64,000 nucleotides of DNA, taken from positions 1 to 64,000 of the forward strand of contig CANDMY010000006.1 of the NCBI GenBank assembly GCA_947385945.1, given 5' to 3'. Origin of the DNA: an uncultured Clostridia bacterium (GTDB lineage Bacteria; Bacillota; Clostridia; Lachnospirales; Lachnospiraceae). The number at the start of each line of letters is the position of its first letter. Position 1 is the stretch's first letter. Of the stretch, positions 48,320 to 59,300 are shown in pieces. The notes under the pieces are model-generated. The model had not been told where the DNA came from. It worked only from the letters and a program-made list of their open reading frames with translations, and made no database searches. The position numbers and the translations under genes are program-made.

Positions 48320-48682
48320 GAGGACAGCGTGGCGGGACACATATCGGACGAGCGTTTCACAGAGCTTTCGGCAGGCTACGAAGCCGAGCAAAAGTATATA
48401 TAAAATCCATATTTTCATCAAAGTTAAGCTGATACATTCTGAAGATAACCGGGAAATCTTTTGGCTGCCATTGTTCTTCATAGGAATAGCAGTATTTCAT
48501 TCCTACCCGATTATATCAACCAGCTTTTTTCCGATTCCCTGTCTTCTGTATTCTTTCTTAACCGTTGCGTGATAGATAAAACCTTTGTGCCTGTCATGTC
48601 TATCCATTATGTATCCATAAATCCTATATTTTTTCAAAATCTTTCATATCCATATTGTCATTATTACCGTTCTTCTTATGCT

Positions 48683-49183
48683 CTATTTATTCATTTTAAA
48701 TTTTTCCAGCCGATAATGCTGCTCATCATCCAATTCTTTTATTCCGTTTTTATATTCATACCCCTTTTTCCGATAAAATTCTACTGCAGTAATAGATGCG
48801 GGAATTTCTATTCTCTCTGCCCTTAAAAATAATTCATCGGATTCAAGAGTATCAATAATATAACTACCGATCCCCTGCCTATGAATTTCCGGCAGCACAA
48901 AAATAGTAAGCAAAATACTTTCTGTAAGGCTTCCCCAAAAACTTGATATAGAACCAACACCCACAATGTTATTTTCATTCCAAAATACATACACATGTGC
49001 ATGTTCTGCCACACCCTTAAACCAATTTACATCATGCGTAGCAGAGAGTATATCCACCGCTCTTTCCCCGTAATCTTTCACGTTGACTTCCTTGAAATTT
49101 CTATGAATCAGCTTGACAATTTCTTCCGCATCTTCTTCACGATAAGGCTTAGCAATAACCTCTGTTCCATTTGATAATTTCAT
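48683..49183 (-). CDS. GNAT-family N-acetyltransferase
   Basis: Acetyl-CoA binding motif A 'HRQGIGSYII'. A GAAAGGAG RBS precedes the ATG at 49183. Confidence 0.75.
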   Translation of the reverse strand: MKLSNGTEVIAKPYREEDAEEIVKLIHRNFKEVNVKDYGERAVDILSATHDVNWFKGVAEHAHVYVFWNENNIVGVGSISSFWGSLTESILLTIFVLPEIHRQGIGSYIIDTLESDELFLRAERIEIPASITAVEFYRKKGYEYKNGIKELDDEQHYRLEKFKMNK

Positions 49184-49563
49184 AAAAAACTCCTTTCCAA
49201 ACAAAAAAACACTAAACATACAATATGTCCAGTGCACTTCTAAAACCATCGGCTATTGCAAATATAATTACAACTTACACCTACTAATTTATATGCACAG
49301 ACATATCAGACCTACCTGCGTAACTGTGCATCCAATCAAAAACACAATTACTTCTAAGTACGTCTGTCATACATGTACATATCATTCATTGTAAAATGTA
49401 AGTTCTGCATTTTCACGTTCTCCTAAACTTTTTTAATAACTTACCATAATTCTATTTATATGTCAAGAAATATTTCTGAAACGAACCATATAACTTTATT
49501 TTTGATTTTAAAATATATATCATTCATTCCATATCAACCCCAAACCAACAGTCAAATCGGATA

Positions 49564-49716
49564 TTCGCAATCCGCTTTGCTACTTGCTCATAACCTCATA
49601 GCTTCTATCGCAGCTTTTCAGTGGGAGTCTGCACTCCCACTGAAACAAAGAAGTCCCAACCCACCGCTTTCGCCTTGGCGGTTTAGAAGCGGGGGACTTC
49701 CTTGATGAGGTTAAAC
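49564..49716 (+). repeat. F3 structured repeat, copy 5 (near-identical to copy 1)
   Basis: 'aatcggatattcgcaatccgctttgctacttgctcataacctcatagc...cttgatgaggttaaa'. Confidence 0.85.
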
Positions 49717-49866
49717 AACCCTTTACCTGCCTAATACCAAACTTCAAAGAAAATAATCCTATTCCAAAAAACCAAATAAACTTTTACACTATCTTTGAAA
49801 AAAGAAAAGCAAAGTAACAAAGAAGACATTCTCTTTCCCCTCTGCATTTCTTACCTTTAAAATATC

Positions 49867-49946
49867 AAAGGAAATTCGGAATCCGCTCCGCTGCCTCCTC
49901 ATAATCCTATCCTGCGTCAAATAGGACTTCCTTAATAGATTAAAAA
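49867..49946 (+). repeat. F3 structured repeat, copy 6 (short or deleted form)
   Basis: 'ggaaattcggaatccgctccgct..ctcataatcctatcctgcg...cttccttaatagattaaaa'. Confidence 0.6.
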
Positions 49947-49999
49947 CAAAAAACTCTACAGATGAATGAATCAACTCTAACCTTACAGGCAGGAAAAGA

Positions 50000-50256
50000 C
50001 AGCCAGAGTGGGAAAGCCATTTCTTCCCGCTGTGACTTCGGAGGAAAGTTAGAATGTCTTATGCTTCTGTCGATCCACTAGGATTTTTTGCCATTCTCGA
50101 ATGGCAAAAAAAGGGGTGTGTTTAGCCCGCAGCACGGGCGAATTGCACCCCGGTCCGTCCGGCTGGATGCACCTATCCCCAGAAGCATTAGACATTCTTA
50201 CTTTCCGCAGAGCGGAACAGCGGGAAGAAATGGCTTTCCCACTCTAGCGTCCTCCC
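50000..50256 (+). repeat. F1 structured repeat, copy G
   Basis: F1 core. Arms 'tgggaaagccatttcttcccgct' and 'agcgggaagaaatggctttccca' are complementary. Confidence 0.85.
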
Positions 50257-50345
50257 CTTCCCCACTCTAGCGTCCTCCCCTTCCCCACTCCAGCGTTCTC
50301 CCCTTCCCCGCTCCAACATCCTCCCCCCAATCCCCTCACTCTCAC
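50241..50345. repeat. C-rich tandem repeat, '(c)cactctagcgtcctccccttcc' in 3-4 copies, extending the 3' terminus of F1 copy G
   Basis: Direct reading. Confidence 0.75.
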
Positions 50346-50474
50346 ACCCAAACTTTTCCCTCACCAGTCATATTTTCCCCTCCCCCTACATACCTTGTAA
50401 CAAAACTTAAATTTTTGTGTACTGACCGACGCATAAATCAGGCAGTACACTTATCTGCAAAGGGGATCTCAAAT

Positions 50475-50942
50475 ATGAGTGCAAAGACCAAAATTGTTGT
50501 ATTACATATGAGGGAAGTCATTTATACTGCTATTTTTGTAGCCCTCGGTATCTTCCTTGTCCTGCTTTTTATCTATATGTTTCTGCCTGATGATGCTTCC
50601 GATAAGCAAATCCTACCAGAAACAGCTCCTACCTTTTTAGCAGGCATTTATACCTCTTCTGTTGATGCAGGAAATCAAGCCATGCAGATTGAGGTCATTG
50701 TTGACAAAAACCATATCAATTCCATTCGTTTAGTCAATTTAGACCAAACCGCAGATGTCAGCAATCCTCTAATGGAAACAACCTTAAACAACCTGTCTGC
50801 ACAGATACTAAGCAACCAGTCATTAGAAGGCATCACCTGCTCCGATGTCAATCGCTATACCGCTCAAACACTCTATGACGCCATTAAGCGTGCCGTTAAA
50901 AAAGCCTCTACTGTCTCAGGCAATGGAGTCACCGCAAACTAA
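50475..50942 (+). CDS. Hypothetical membrane-anchored protein (N-terminal TM helix, about 110-aa extracytoplasmic domain)
   Basis: An RBS 'AAAGGGGA' precedes the ATG at 50475. It has a TM segment 'VIYTAIFVALGIFLVLLFIYMFL'. The longer ORF-track start lacks an RBS. Confidence 0.5.
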   Translation: MSAKTKIVVLHMREVIYTAIFVALGIFLVLLFIYMFLPDDASDKQILPETAPTFLAGIYTSSVDAGNQAMQIEVIVDKNHINSIRLVNLDQTADVSNPLMETTLNNLSAQILSNQSLEGITCSDVNRYTAQTLYDAIKRAVKKASTVSGNGVTAN

Positions 50943-51017
50943 CCGCAAAAAAGGGAGAGCCTTCCCAAACGAACACTCTCCCTAACCCAAATCTTTTATA
51001 ATTATATAAAATCTCCC

Positions 51018-52937
51018 CTATTCCATCCTTTCCAGCTCCTCCATCCAAATCCGAACACAAGCATCACTTGGCATCCGAAGATCCCCTCTAGGCGACACAG
51101 CCACCGATCCCACCTTCGGTCCATCCGGCAGACAAGACCGTTTAAACTGCTGAGAAAAAAACCTCCGATAAAAAGTCTTCATCCACTTTACAATCTCTTC
51201 TCTCTGATAAACCCCCTCAAATGCTTTTTCTGCCAAAAAGCATATTTTCTTCGGTGTATACCCAAACCGAAGCATATAATATAAATAAAAATCATGTAGC
51301 TCATAAGGTCCGACAATATCCTCTGTCTTCTGAGCAATCTCTCCGTCTTTAGGCGGCAGCAGTTCTGGACTCACTGGAGTATCCAGTACATCCAGCAGTA
51401 CATTTGACAGTTCCTGATCCTGACAGGTATCCGCATAATACCGCACCAAATGTCTTACCAACGTTTTTGGCACGGATGCATTTACCCCATACATTGACAT
51501 ATGATCTCCATTATAAGTCGCCCATCCAAGTGCCAATTCTGACATATCCCCGGTTCCAACCACCATGGAATTCCCCTGATTGGCAAAATCCATCAGTACC
51601 TGCGTCCGCTCCCGTGCCTGTGCATTTTCATAAGTGACATCCTGTAAACTGGGATCTTGTCCAATATCTTGAAAATGACGCAGCACTGCTTCCCGAATAT
51701 CCACTTCCTTTAATTTTGCTCCCAGCCGCTCTGTCAGCCGTATCGAATTTTGATACGTTCGATCCGTAGTTCCAAAACAAGGCATGGTAACAGCCATAAT
51801 CTGCTTTCGCTCCAGCCCCAGCAAATCAAATGCCCGTGCTGTAACCAAAAGTGCCAATGTCGAATCCAACCCGCCGGAAATACCAATAACCGCCGAATTA
51901 CAACCAGTATGCTCTAACCGCTTCTTTAACCCCATTGCCTGAATTGACAAAATCTCCTCGCATCGCTTATCCCGATCCGCCTTTTCACTTGGAACAAATG
52001 GTGCTGGATCGACATACCGATAAAATCCTTCCGCTTCTTTTGCTTCCTTTATAGAAAAATATATGGTTTGATAAACTCCTTCTGCTGCCCCAAATGTCTT
52101 CATTCTTCGTCTTTCACTGTGTATCCGCTCCAGATCCAAATCTGCCGTTATCATCTGATTTTGAAACCGCACTGCTTCCGCTAACAGCGTTCCATTTTCT
52201 GCTATGATATGATGTGCTGCAAAAACCAGATCGGTACTCGATTCTCCCTCTCCGGCATCTGCATAAAGATAGCCGCAAACCAACCGTGCCGACTGGCTTT
52301 CTACCAACTGTCTGCGATAGCGATCTTTCCCCGTTGTCTCATCACTTGCAGAAAGATTGATCATTACCGTAGCCCCCGCTAAGGCATGGCGAGTACTAGG
52401 AGGACAAGGCACCCAAAGATCCTCACAAATTTCTGCAGCCAGTGTAAATCCTGCTATTGTTTCACACTGAAACAAGAGATTCGTTCCCATAAAGACCCGC
52501 TCTCCTCCAAATATAATCTCAACCGGTTCCTCCATTCCTTCTTTAAAATGTCTTGCTTCATAAAATTCGGAATAATTCGGGATAGCACGCTTTGGCACAA
52601 GTCCTAATACTTTTCCGTCAAATAAGATCGCAGCAAGATTATAGAGACCTCCCTTCCATTCCATAGGAAATCCCACTGCCACCACAATATTCTTTCCTTT
52701 TGTATAATCCCGAAGTAAAATCACCTGTTCTTTTGCTAGACGCAATAAACTGTTCTGCAGAAATAAATCCCCGCAGGTATAACCAGTTATTCCTAATTCT
52801 GGCAAAACCAAAAGTTTTACCTGCATCGTTACCGCCTGATCGATTATCTTTTCTGTCTGTTCTCTATTGTAAATACAATCAGCAACCTTTATCTTTGGTG
52901 CTGCCGCCGACACACGCAAAAACCCGTTTGATATCAT
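51018..52937 (-). CDS. nadE: Glutamine-dependent NAD(+) synthetase (N-terminal nitrilase/CN-hydrolase domain plus NAD synthetase domain)
   Basis: 639 aa. CN-hydrolase catalytic region 'AAEICEDLW'. P-loop-like 'GISGGLDS' of the NAD synthetase / N-type ATP pyrophosphatase. Confidence 0.9.
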   Translation of the reverse strand: MISNGFLRVSAAAPKIKVADCIYNREQTEKIIDQAVTMQVKLLVLPELGITGYTCGDLFLQNSLLRLAKEQVILLRDYTKGKNIVVAVGFPMEWKGGLYNLAAILFDGKVLGLVPKRAIPNYSEFYEARHFKEGMEEPVEIIFGGERVFMGTNLLFQCETIAGFTLAAEICEDLWVPCPPSTRHALAGATVMINLSASDETTGKDRYRRQLVESQSARLVCGYLYADAGEGESSTDLVFAAHHIIAENGTLLAEAVRFQNQMITADLDLERIHSERRRMKTFGAAEGVYQTIYFSIKEAKEAEGFYRYVDPAPFVPSEKADRDKRCEEILSIQAMGLKKRLEHTGCNSAVIGISGGLDSTLALLVTARAFDLLGLERKQIMAVTMPCFGTTDRTYQNSIRLTERLGAKLKEVDIREAVLRHFQDIGQDPSLQDVTYENAQARERTQVLMDFANQGNSMVVGTGDMSELALGWATYNGDHMSMYGVNASVPKTLVRHLVRYYADTCQDQELSNVLLDVLDTPVSPELLPPKDGEIAQKTEDIVGPYELHDFYLYYMLRFGYTPKKICFLAEKAFEGVYQREEIVKWMKTFYRRFFSQQFKRSCLPDGPKVGSVAVSPRGDLRMPSDACVRIWMEELERME

Positions 52938-52978
52938 AGTTCTCTTCCTTTCTTTTCTAACCTAAGTTTAAAAATTTT

Positions 52979-54169
52979 TTATGCTCCTGTCAAAATCACC
53001 CGTGCATATTCTGGATTGATCTCCGCCAGTTTTTTCTTCTCGGTCTCCGCCATTTCTAAAAATGCACGATTTCCTTCCATATTTTGCCGAAGCATTTTTC
53101 GGCGTCCATTTAGATCATGCCGAACTTCCACCATCTCTCTTGCATCTAACAATGCCGTAGCATATCCCACCCAAAATCTAGGCTGTTCTACCATATATTC
53201 AGTAAGAACTCCAACCACTTCCATCTCTGCTTTATGCAGCTGATCTGAGCTGGCCCGATATTTTTCCCGATTCTTCTTTTCCTCTAAATATAAACCCCAG
53301 ATAAAATTCAATTCATACGCACTGCTCACTTCATATTTGGCATACTGATACTGAATACTATTAATGATCATAACATATCGTGCCTTTACACGGTTTAAAA
53401 GCAAGATGGCTTTTTTTAGCTTTCGATCCGCCAGCCGCAGCTCTTTTGCAGCTTTTTGAAATATCAAAAAAGTAATCGTTAAAAGCACCCCGACTACTCC
53501 CAGCATAACATAAAGAAAATTTTCATAGTCTTCTTTCAGCAGTATCATACAGACCAGATAAAATACAATACTAATCCCCAACAATACGACCGACCATTCT
53601 ACTGCTTTTTTTGCAATGATTTTTTTGGAATATAATTCGTCTTTTTCATAGCGGATAGAGGTCTTCTCTGCCTCTAAATGCCGCATATCCTGTTCCAAGG
53701 TATGTGCATATTTTTCATCTTCATCTAGCTGTGCCATCATAGAACGGATTCCTTCTCCATATTCCTCCATCTTCTGATACTGCTTTTCACTAATCTTGCT
53801 TTCTGTACTTTGAAATTTTTTTCGCTCTTTATTAATCTCTTCTATCCGCATAGCGGCATCAAAAAGTTCCTGCTTATCTTTTTGTTCCATTCCTTCAATT
53901 TTCTGCACATCATTTAATATACTGCCGATTCTTCCATACTCCTCTTTCAATTCGGAAAGCTGCCGCTTAGCTGCCTGCTTCTGTTCATTTAAATGCTTGA
54001 TATATTCAAAACACTCCTCCTCACTGTTCATTCGATAGGCCTTTTGTACCTCCAGTTTGCCGTAACCGTTTTTTCCTGTTCCGTCTTCTCCTAGGTATTC
54101 CTGTATCGTCTGTTTGCCTTCTAAAGAATGTTTTTCTTTTCTCTTAAAAAGTTTTTTCCAAAATCCCAT
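52979..54169 (-). CDS. Hypothetical membrane protein (N-terminal coiled coil, two central TM helices, C-terminal coiled coil). It is the last gene of a three-gene operon.
   Basis: TM helices 'VVLLGISIVFYLVCMILL' and 'VMLGVVGVLLTITFLIF'. An 8-bp gap separates it from the upstream ORF. Confidence 0.55.
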   Translation of the reverse strand: MGFWKKLFKRKEKHSLEGKQTIQEYLGEDGTGKNGYGKLEVQKAYRMNSEEECFEYIKHLNEQKQAAKRQLSELKEEYGRIGSILNDVQKIEGMEQKDKQELFDAAMRIEEINKERKKFQSTESKISEKQYQKMEEYGEGIRSMMAQLDEDEKYAHTLEQDMRHLEAEKTSIRYEKDELYSKKIIAKKAVEWSVVLLGISIVFYLVCMILLKEDYENFLYVMLGVVGVLLTITFLIFQKAAKELRLADRKLKKAILLLNRVKARYVMIINSIQYQYAKYEVSSAYELNFIWGLYLEEKKNREKYRASSDQLHKAEMEVVGVLTEYMVEQPRFWVGYATALLDAREMVEVRHDLNGRRKMLRQNMEGNRAFLEMAETEKKKLAEINPEYARVILTGA

Positions 54170-54176
54170 ATTTTAA

Positions 54177-56327
54177 TCAACCTTCCATCTCATACCGATA
54201 TGCTTCCATCCACTCCTGAAGCTGCTTTTTGGCATACTCCTCAAACTGTCCTAACTTTCCCTGCTTTCTGCTGTGAAATGCCTCTGCCGCCAAATAATTT
54301 CTGTCATCCTCTATAGCTCCACTTTCCAATACTTTCCACTCCCGCTCCCACTCCATTACCTGTTCTGCATCTGTCCGCTTTTTCCACTCGGCATAATCGA
54401 CTTCCATTCCCGCCAAGTGCAGCGTCAGCAAAAGTTTTTTTAAAATTTCATCCTGTGGTACATACTCATAAGCCTTTTTAAAAAAACCGGAGGCTTCTTC
54501 AAAATAAAACATTTCCATATAGAGTACCCCGATATTGTGATAAACAAAGCCAAAGAATTCCTTGGGTTCTTCGGAAGTTTCTTCCATTTTTAATAATAAT
54601 TGATATTGGTTTCTTGCCTGAATATATCTGCACTCTGTCAAATACATATCTCCCAACAGCTTCAGCCGCTCCTCCCGGCTCTGTGTTCCAAAATAGGCAA
54701 GTTTTTCTAAAATCCTCTTCCACTCCGCTTCCCTATAATATCCGGTACTCTCCATCACTGCTGCAATATATTCTCCCAGAGGTGCTTCTTTCTTTTTTGC
54801 ATACTCCAATTGATCTGCCAGCCGTTTCATATCCAGGTTATCTCGAATAAAATCAATCAATTTTGTATCAAAGAATTCCGGCTCCAGAAGATAGCAATTA
54901 TGATAAAGATAATAGCAAATCTCATCAATCGAATACAGTGCCTGTCTGCTCTCTTCTGCTTCATAGGGGGAACGGCTTCTTCTGCTGCCGCATAATAAAA
55001 ACTGTCCCCCCTCTTGTACTGCCTCTTCTTTCTTTTCTCCAATCTCAGAAAATAGTTCAAAAAGTTCTAATTTCTTTTGTATTACCGTCCCGCTGCTCTC
55101 TGCATACTGCCCAAATCCCAGATCGGCTACATGGAGAACTGCTTCTCCCTCCGATAAAAAAGAAAGAGAAACTTCTACTCGTGTCATCTTAGGTTCCCGA
55201 TAGGGAAATGCCGAAAGAGGCAGCCGATATTCTAGTTTCCCTGAAACTCCCTGTCGTGTGATTACAAAAAAAAGTTCTGCCGCACCGTCTAAAATTCCTT
55301 CCATCTGTGCTTTTGCATGATACCAATTTTTCCCTTCCTTTACCAGATTGAGCAGATGCCTTCCTCCCTTTCGATAGACACGAACTCCTATACTGACAGG
55401 AATACAGCCCTTCATCCGCATTGTTACCGTATCCATCAAGCCTTTCGAGATATGATCATATGCACTTAAACTGGCTCCCTTTGTGTATAAATTCATTCCC
55501 AAAAAGACCCGTTTCCTGCTGCATAGATATTTTAATGCAGAAACTGCCCAGTTTTCTTTTTGACAAAATCCCTCTCCTATTAGATAGACACAGCTAACCG
55601 GTGGTCTTATAATCTGCTGCATCAGCAATTCCAAGAAATTTTGATCCGCCCTTTGCCTGCCTTCTTCTGTCTCTAACAACGCAATTTTAAAATAATCCGA
55701 ATAATCGGTTTCTATCAATTCTAACAGCAGTTCTCCTGCCTTTTGATCCCGATGAAGTCTTCTGCATAAAAAGTGCTCTTCGGTAAAATCAAAAAACAGC
55801 ACATCTAGCTTCCACAATTCTTTCGGTCTGCTCAATGCATAACATACTGCACTTTCCTGCTCACTCATCGCAAAAAGATTGTTCTCCTTGATTCCTAACC
55901 GCATCAGACAGCGAAAGATCACATCCAATAAAAATCCGCTCTGTTCCCAAAGAGAAATCGCTACTGCATCGATTTCTCTTCCAATCATCTCTACTCCTGG
56001 AATAAAAAGCAGCGTCTCTCTTAGAAAAATTTCCAAAAGTTCTTCTGCCGAATATCCGTTTAACACTTCCATTTCCTGATGGAGTACCCGTAGAATTAGC
56101 TGGTCTACCAATATCCCCTTATGCTGAAGATGTGCCTCCCATGCCTCTTTTCCAATTACCCATCCCTCTTCGGTCTGTGCAATCAGACAGGGAATCTCAT
56201 AGCCAGATCGATCCGAAAGCGGACCCACCGACTCTGCATCCTCTCGATCCTCAATATAAAAACTCAGCTGTATTTTATCTTTTTGGATATCATAACCTGC
56301 TACCAGTTTCTTTTCCAATTTTTCCAC
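54177..56327 (-). CDS. Hypothetical large protein (716 aa) with a TPR-like C-terminal region. It is the middle gene of the three-gene operon.
   Basis: Long intact ORF. Its start lies 2 bp after the upstream stop. No recognised catalytic motif. Confidence 0.55.
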   Translation of the reverse strand: MEKLEKKLVAGYDIQKDKIQLSFYIEDREDAESVGPLSDRSGYEIPCLIAQTEEGWVIGKEAWEAHLQHKGILVDQLILRVLHQEMEVLNGYSAEELLEIFLRETLLFIPGVEMIGREIDAVAISLWEQSGFLLDVIFRCLMRLGIKENNLFAMSEQESAVCYALSRPKELWKLDVLFFDFTEEHFLCRRLHRDQKAGELLLELIETDYSDYFKIALLETEEGRQRADQNFLELLMQQIIRPPVSCVYLIGEGFCQKENWAVSALKYLCSRKRVFLGMNLYTKGASLSAYDHISKGLMDTVTMRMKGCIPVSIGVRVYRKGGRHLLNLVKEGKNWYHAKAQMEGILDGAAELFFVITRQGVSGKLEYRLPLSAFPYREPKMTRVEVSLSFLSEGEAVLHVADLGFGQYAESSGTVIQKKLELFELFSEIGEKKEEAVQEGGQFLLCGSRRSRSPYEAEESRQALYSIDEICYYLYHNCYLLEPEFFDTKLIDFIRDNLDMKRLADQLEYAKKKEAPLGEYIAAVMESTGYYREAEWKRILEKLAYFGTQSREERLKLLGDMYLTECRYIQARNQYQLLLKMEETSEEPKEFFGFVYHNIGVLYMEMFYFEEASGFFKKAYEYVPQDEILKKLLLTLHLAGMEVDYAEWKKRTDAEQVMEWEREWKVLESGAIEDDRNYLAAEAFHSRKQGKLGQFEEYAKKQLQEWMEAYRYEMEG

Positions 56328-56328
56328 C

Positions 56329-59300
56329 TCACATTAGTGTACTGTTTTTCTCCACCAACTTCTGCTTTTTTAGATACTGTTCCATCAGCTCCGCTAATGT
56401 CTGCTCATCCTGCATCTCAACCGAAACACACATATCATTCAGCATATCATAACGACTGTCTCTGCCGATACTGTTCCAATGGCTAATCGAAACTGCATCA
56501 CTTTCTGTCAGCCCTGTTCCGCTTTCATTTTCTTCTGAAATATAATACTGCAGCTTCTCTCCATAGAATAAAATCATCTGTTTTCCATAGATTCCTTCAT
56601 AGATATGCTCCATCTTTTCAATCCGATATTCCAACTGTTCTTTCTCTTCTGTATCCAAACTATAGTGCAGAAAAACCTTGCTGCCAGGTTCTGTCCGATA
56701 TTCCAATATCGTCTTATCCCGCAGAGCAAACGGCAGCAGAATCCGATCAGCAAGCCTTTGATAAAATGAAAAATATTTTCCGTTTAAAGAAAGAACTTCT
56801 AATAATTGTTCTGCAATCTTTTTCTCTGCTTCGGTATTTCTCTCTTTTTTTGCCAGCCAGGAAAGCAGTGCCATCTGATTAATCGGCAGCAGTGTTTTTT
56901 GAAATTGGTATTCTCTTGCCAAATATTGAAAAATCTTTTCATCAATTATCATATCCTGTACAAAATACTGATAAGACTGATAGGCAAGATAAGCCTCCTT
57001 TACCATCTGGCTTCTGCCGTCCCTATAATAAGAAGAAAAAATCTCTTCCATATCGGGAACAAATGCCCCGGTAAATAAAATCTGCACCAAAATCCGTTCC
57101 TCTAATTCCGCCGTTGCAATTTCAAAATCTACTGCAGATTTCCAAAGACGACACATCTCCTTGGTTGTATTATTATAATACTGTACCAGATATTCCAAAA
57201 TGGTTTCTTCGTATTTTCCCTTTCGATAGACACTTGCACACGCCTTTAACAGCATCTCATCTTCTGCCATCTGCAGCTGCCCAATCTGATAAATACAAAG
57301 CCGCAGCAGCCGATTCGGCGAAATTCCCTCCACTTTACAGCTATCTAACATTTCCCATGCATCTTCATACATGGTTCGAACAATTAACAGCTCTATCACC
57401 TGTATACTCTCCCCTGCTTCTAACTGTTCCTTATAGATCGAATCCAAATAGGATTCTAACTGTTCTCCCTCGCAGTGTTCTAAATAATAGTCCAAAATAT
57501 GCTGTACTATCATACTTCGATAGGATTTCTTTAAAAGAGAAAAAGCTGCCGTCTGTTTAAACAGCTTCATTCTATCATTTTCCTCTGGCAAATAGATCAT
57601 CTCATGTTCACACAGATAAAGCCATACCCAGATATCCCCTTCCGAAAGCCGCTGACACTCCCGAATCAATTTTCTGTCTTTTATCAAATCTTCAATCTGA
57701 TACTCGGTATGCTCCCAAAACCGTCTTCCCTGCCTATCTTCAAATACCACTGCACAGTCTGAAGTAAAGACAGGAAAATAGACCTCCCCCTGCTCTAGCG
57801 GCAGTTTCCACTCACAGTCTAACTCCTTATGCCGAATAATGACATGGGATACTTTGGGATTTTGGCAGCACAACCGCTTTGTAAGAAGTATTGCCGGCAG
57901 CTTTTCCGCCACCGTCTCATCAATCATTGCTGAAGAAAGCACTCCCAGATAGATTCGTGCAAGCCTCTTACTGATATGCCCTTTTCTTAGCTGATCTTCT
58001 GCAAACTGTTCTATCGCAGGCAGATAATTCCTCAGCATAGCCGGATTCTCCGATCCATACATCATAATATTGCTGTAGAGCAGTTCCTTCCGTTCCTCAT
58101 CCAATGTCTGATCATAGATAAAATAAAGCTGTATCGATTTAGGAAGTTCCCCGTAAAAATAATAAGGAAGTGTATTCATATACGCTTCATAGAGTCCCGT
58201 CATTGTAATCTGCCGCTGTACTCCCTCCTGAAACCAGGCAAAGTTTTCCTGTTCCATACGAAAGTTTCGAATTAACTGCGACAACAAAGCTTCTAATGCC
58301 GTTCGATTTTGATACGTTTGATAAATCTCTTTTAAAATCCGAATTAACAGCGGATAGTACCGCTGTTCTGTCAATGCCTGTTCTGCAATCTGTGCTGCAG
58401 CCCTTTCATTTAATATCCCATGTACAATTCCCCACCAAGCTGTACGCAGTTCAAACAGATCCAATACTCGGATAAGTATCGGCATTTCATTCATTACCAT
58501 ACACGCTTCATAATATAAAAATGAACTATTGCTGCCGATTAAAAATTGTTCCTTAATTCGAGCCAAGCGAAGGCTTTTATTTACGGCACATTCTTCATCT
58601 AAATATAAGATTACCCAGAGCATCCTGTCATCTTTCGGATGTTTCTCATACAACTCTTTTACCTGTGCAGCAGCATCTCTGGCAAATAGAGCATCTCTTG
58701 TTAAAAGAGTATAGACATATAAATAATAGCTGTATAAAAAAGGTTCTTCCTCCCGATTCGGAACAATCCACTCTGCAAGTACAGCCAATCTTCCCGCTGC
58801 CTCTTTGGTCTTTCGCATCGTGATCCATACCTGAACCTCCAAAAGCTGAATAAAGCTGTCCTCTAAATGCAGCCGCTTCATTCTTGTAATCGTCTCCAAA
58901 GAATCCCGGCACCAGATATCCGTTGTAATCTTATGCAGCCGAAAAGCAAAGTATAATTGGGAAAGCCGAAAAAGCCCCTTTTTCTGCTCCAAAGTATGCT
59001 TCTCCTTTTCTGTATAACGATAGACCAAAATTTCATATTCCAAATTTTGATATGGCGTCTCAAGATAAATCTTTCCAAAATTATAGCCGGCATGTACCCT
59101 GCTCTCTTCTATCTGATAATACAGGGCAAAACTATTTCCGGCAAATTCTTCTGTGGTAAACCGGCGGCGATCCATTCGGATAAAGTCCCCATCTACCTCG
59201 ATCTCAACCTCCATATAGCCCCAAGTGTCTTTTTTTATAACAAAACTATCTCCAATGGTCTCTGTAAAGTCTAAATATTCCTGCCTTTCCTGTTCCAGCA

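Noticed and set aside
479-52937. Functional link between MVP and NAD metabolism, by analogy to vault PARP4. pncB (479-1939) lies next to the MVP gene, nadE is at 51018-52937, and two NUDIX genes are in the window.
   Set aside because: These are ordinary dispersed housekeeping NAD-salvage genes. There is no operon structure linking them to the MVP gene, so adjacency is most likely coincidental.
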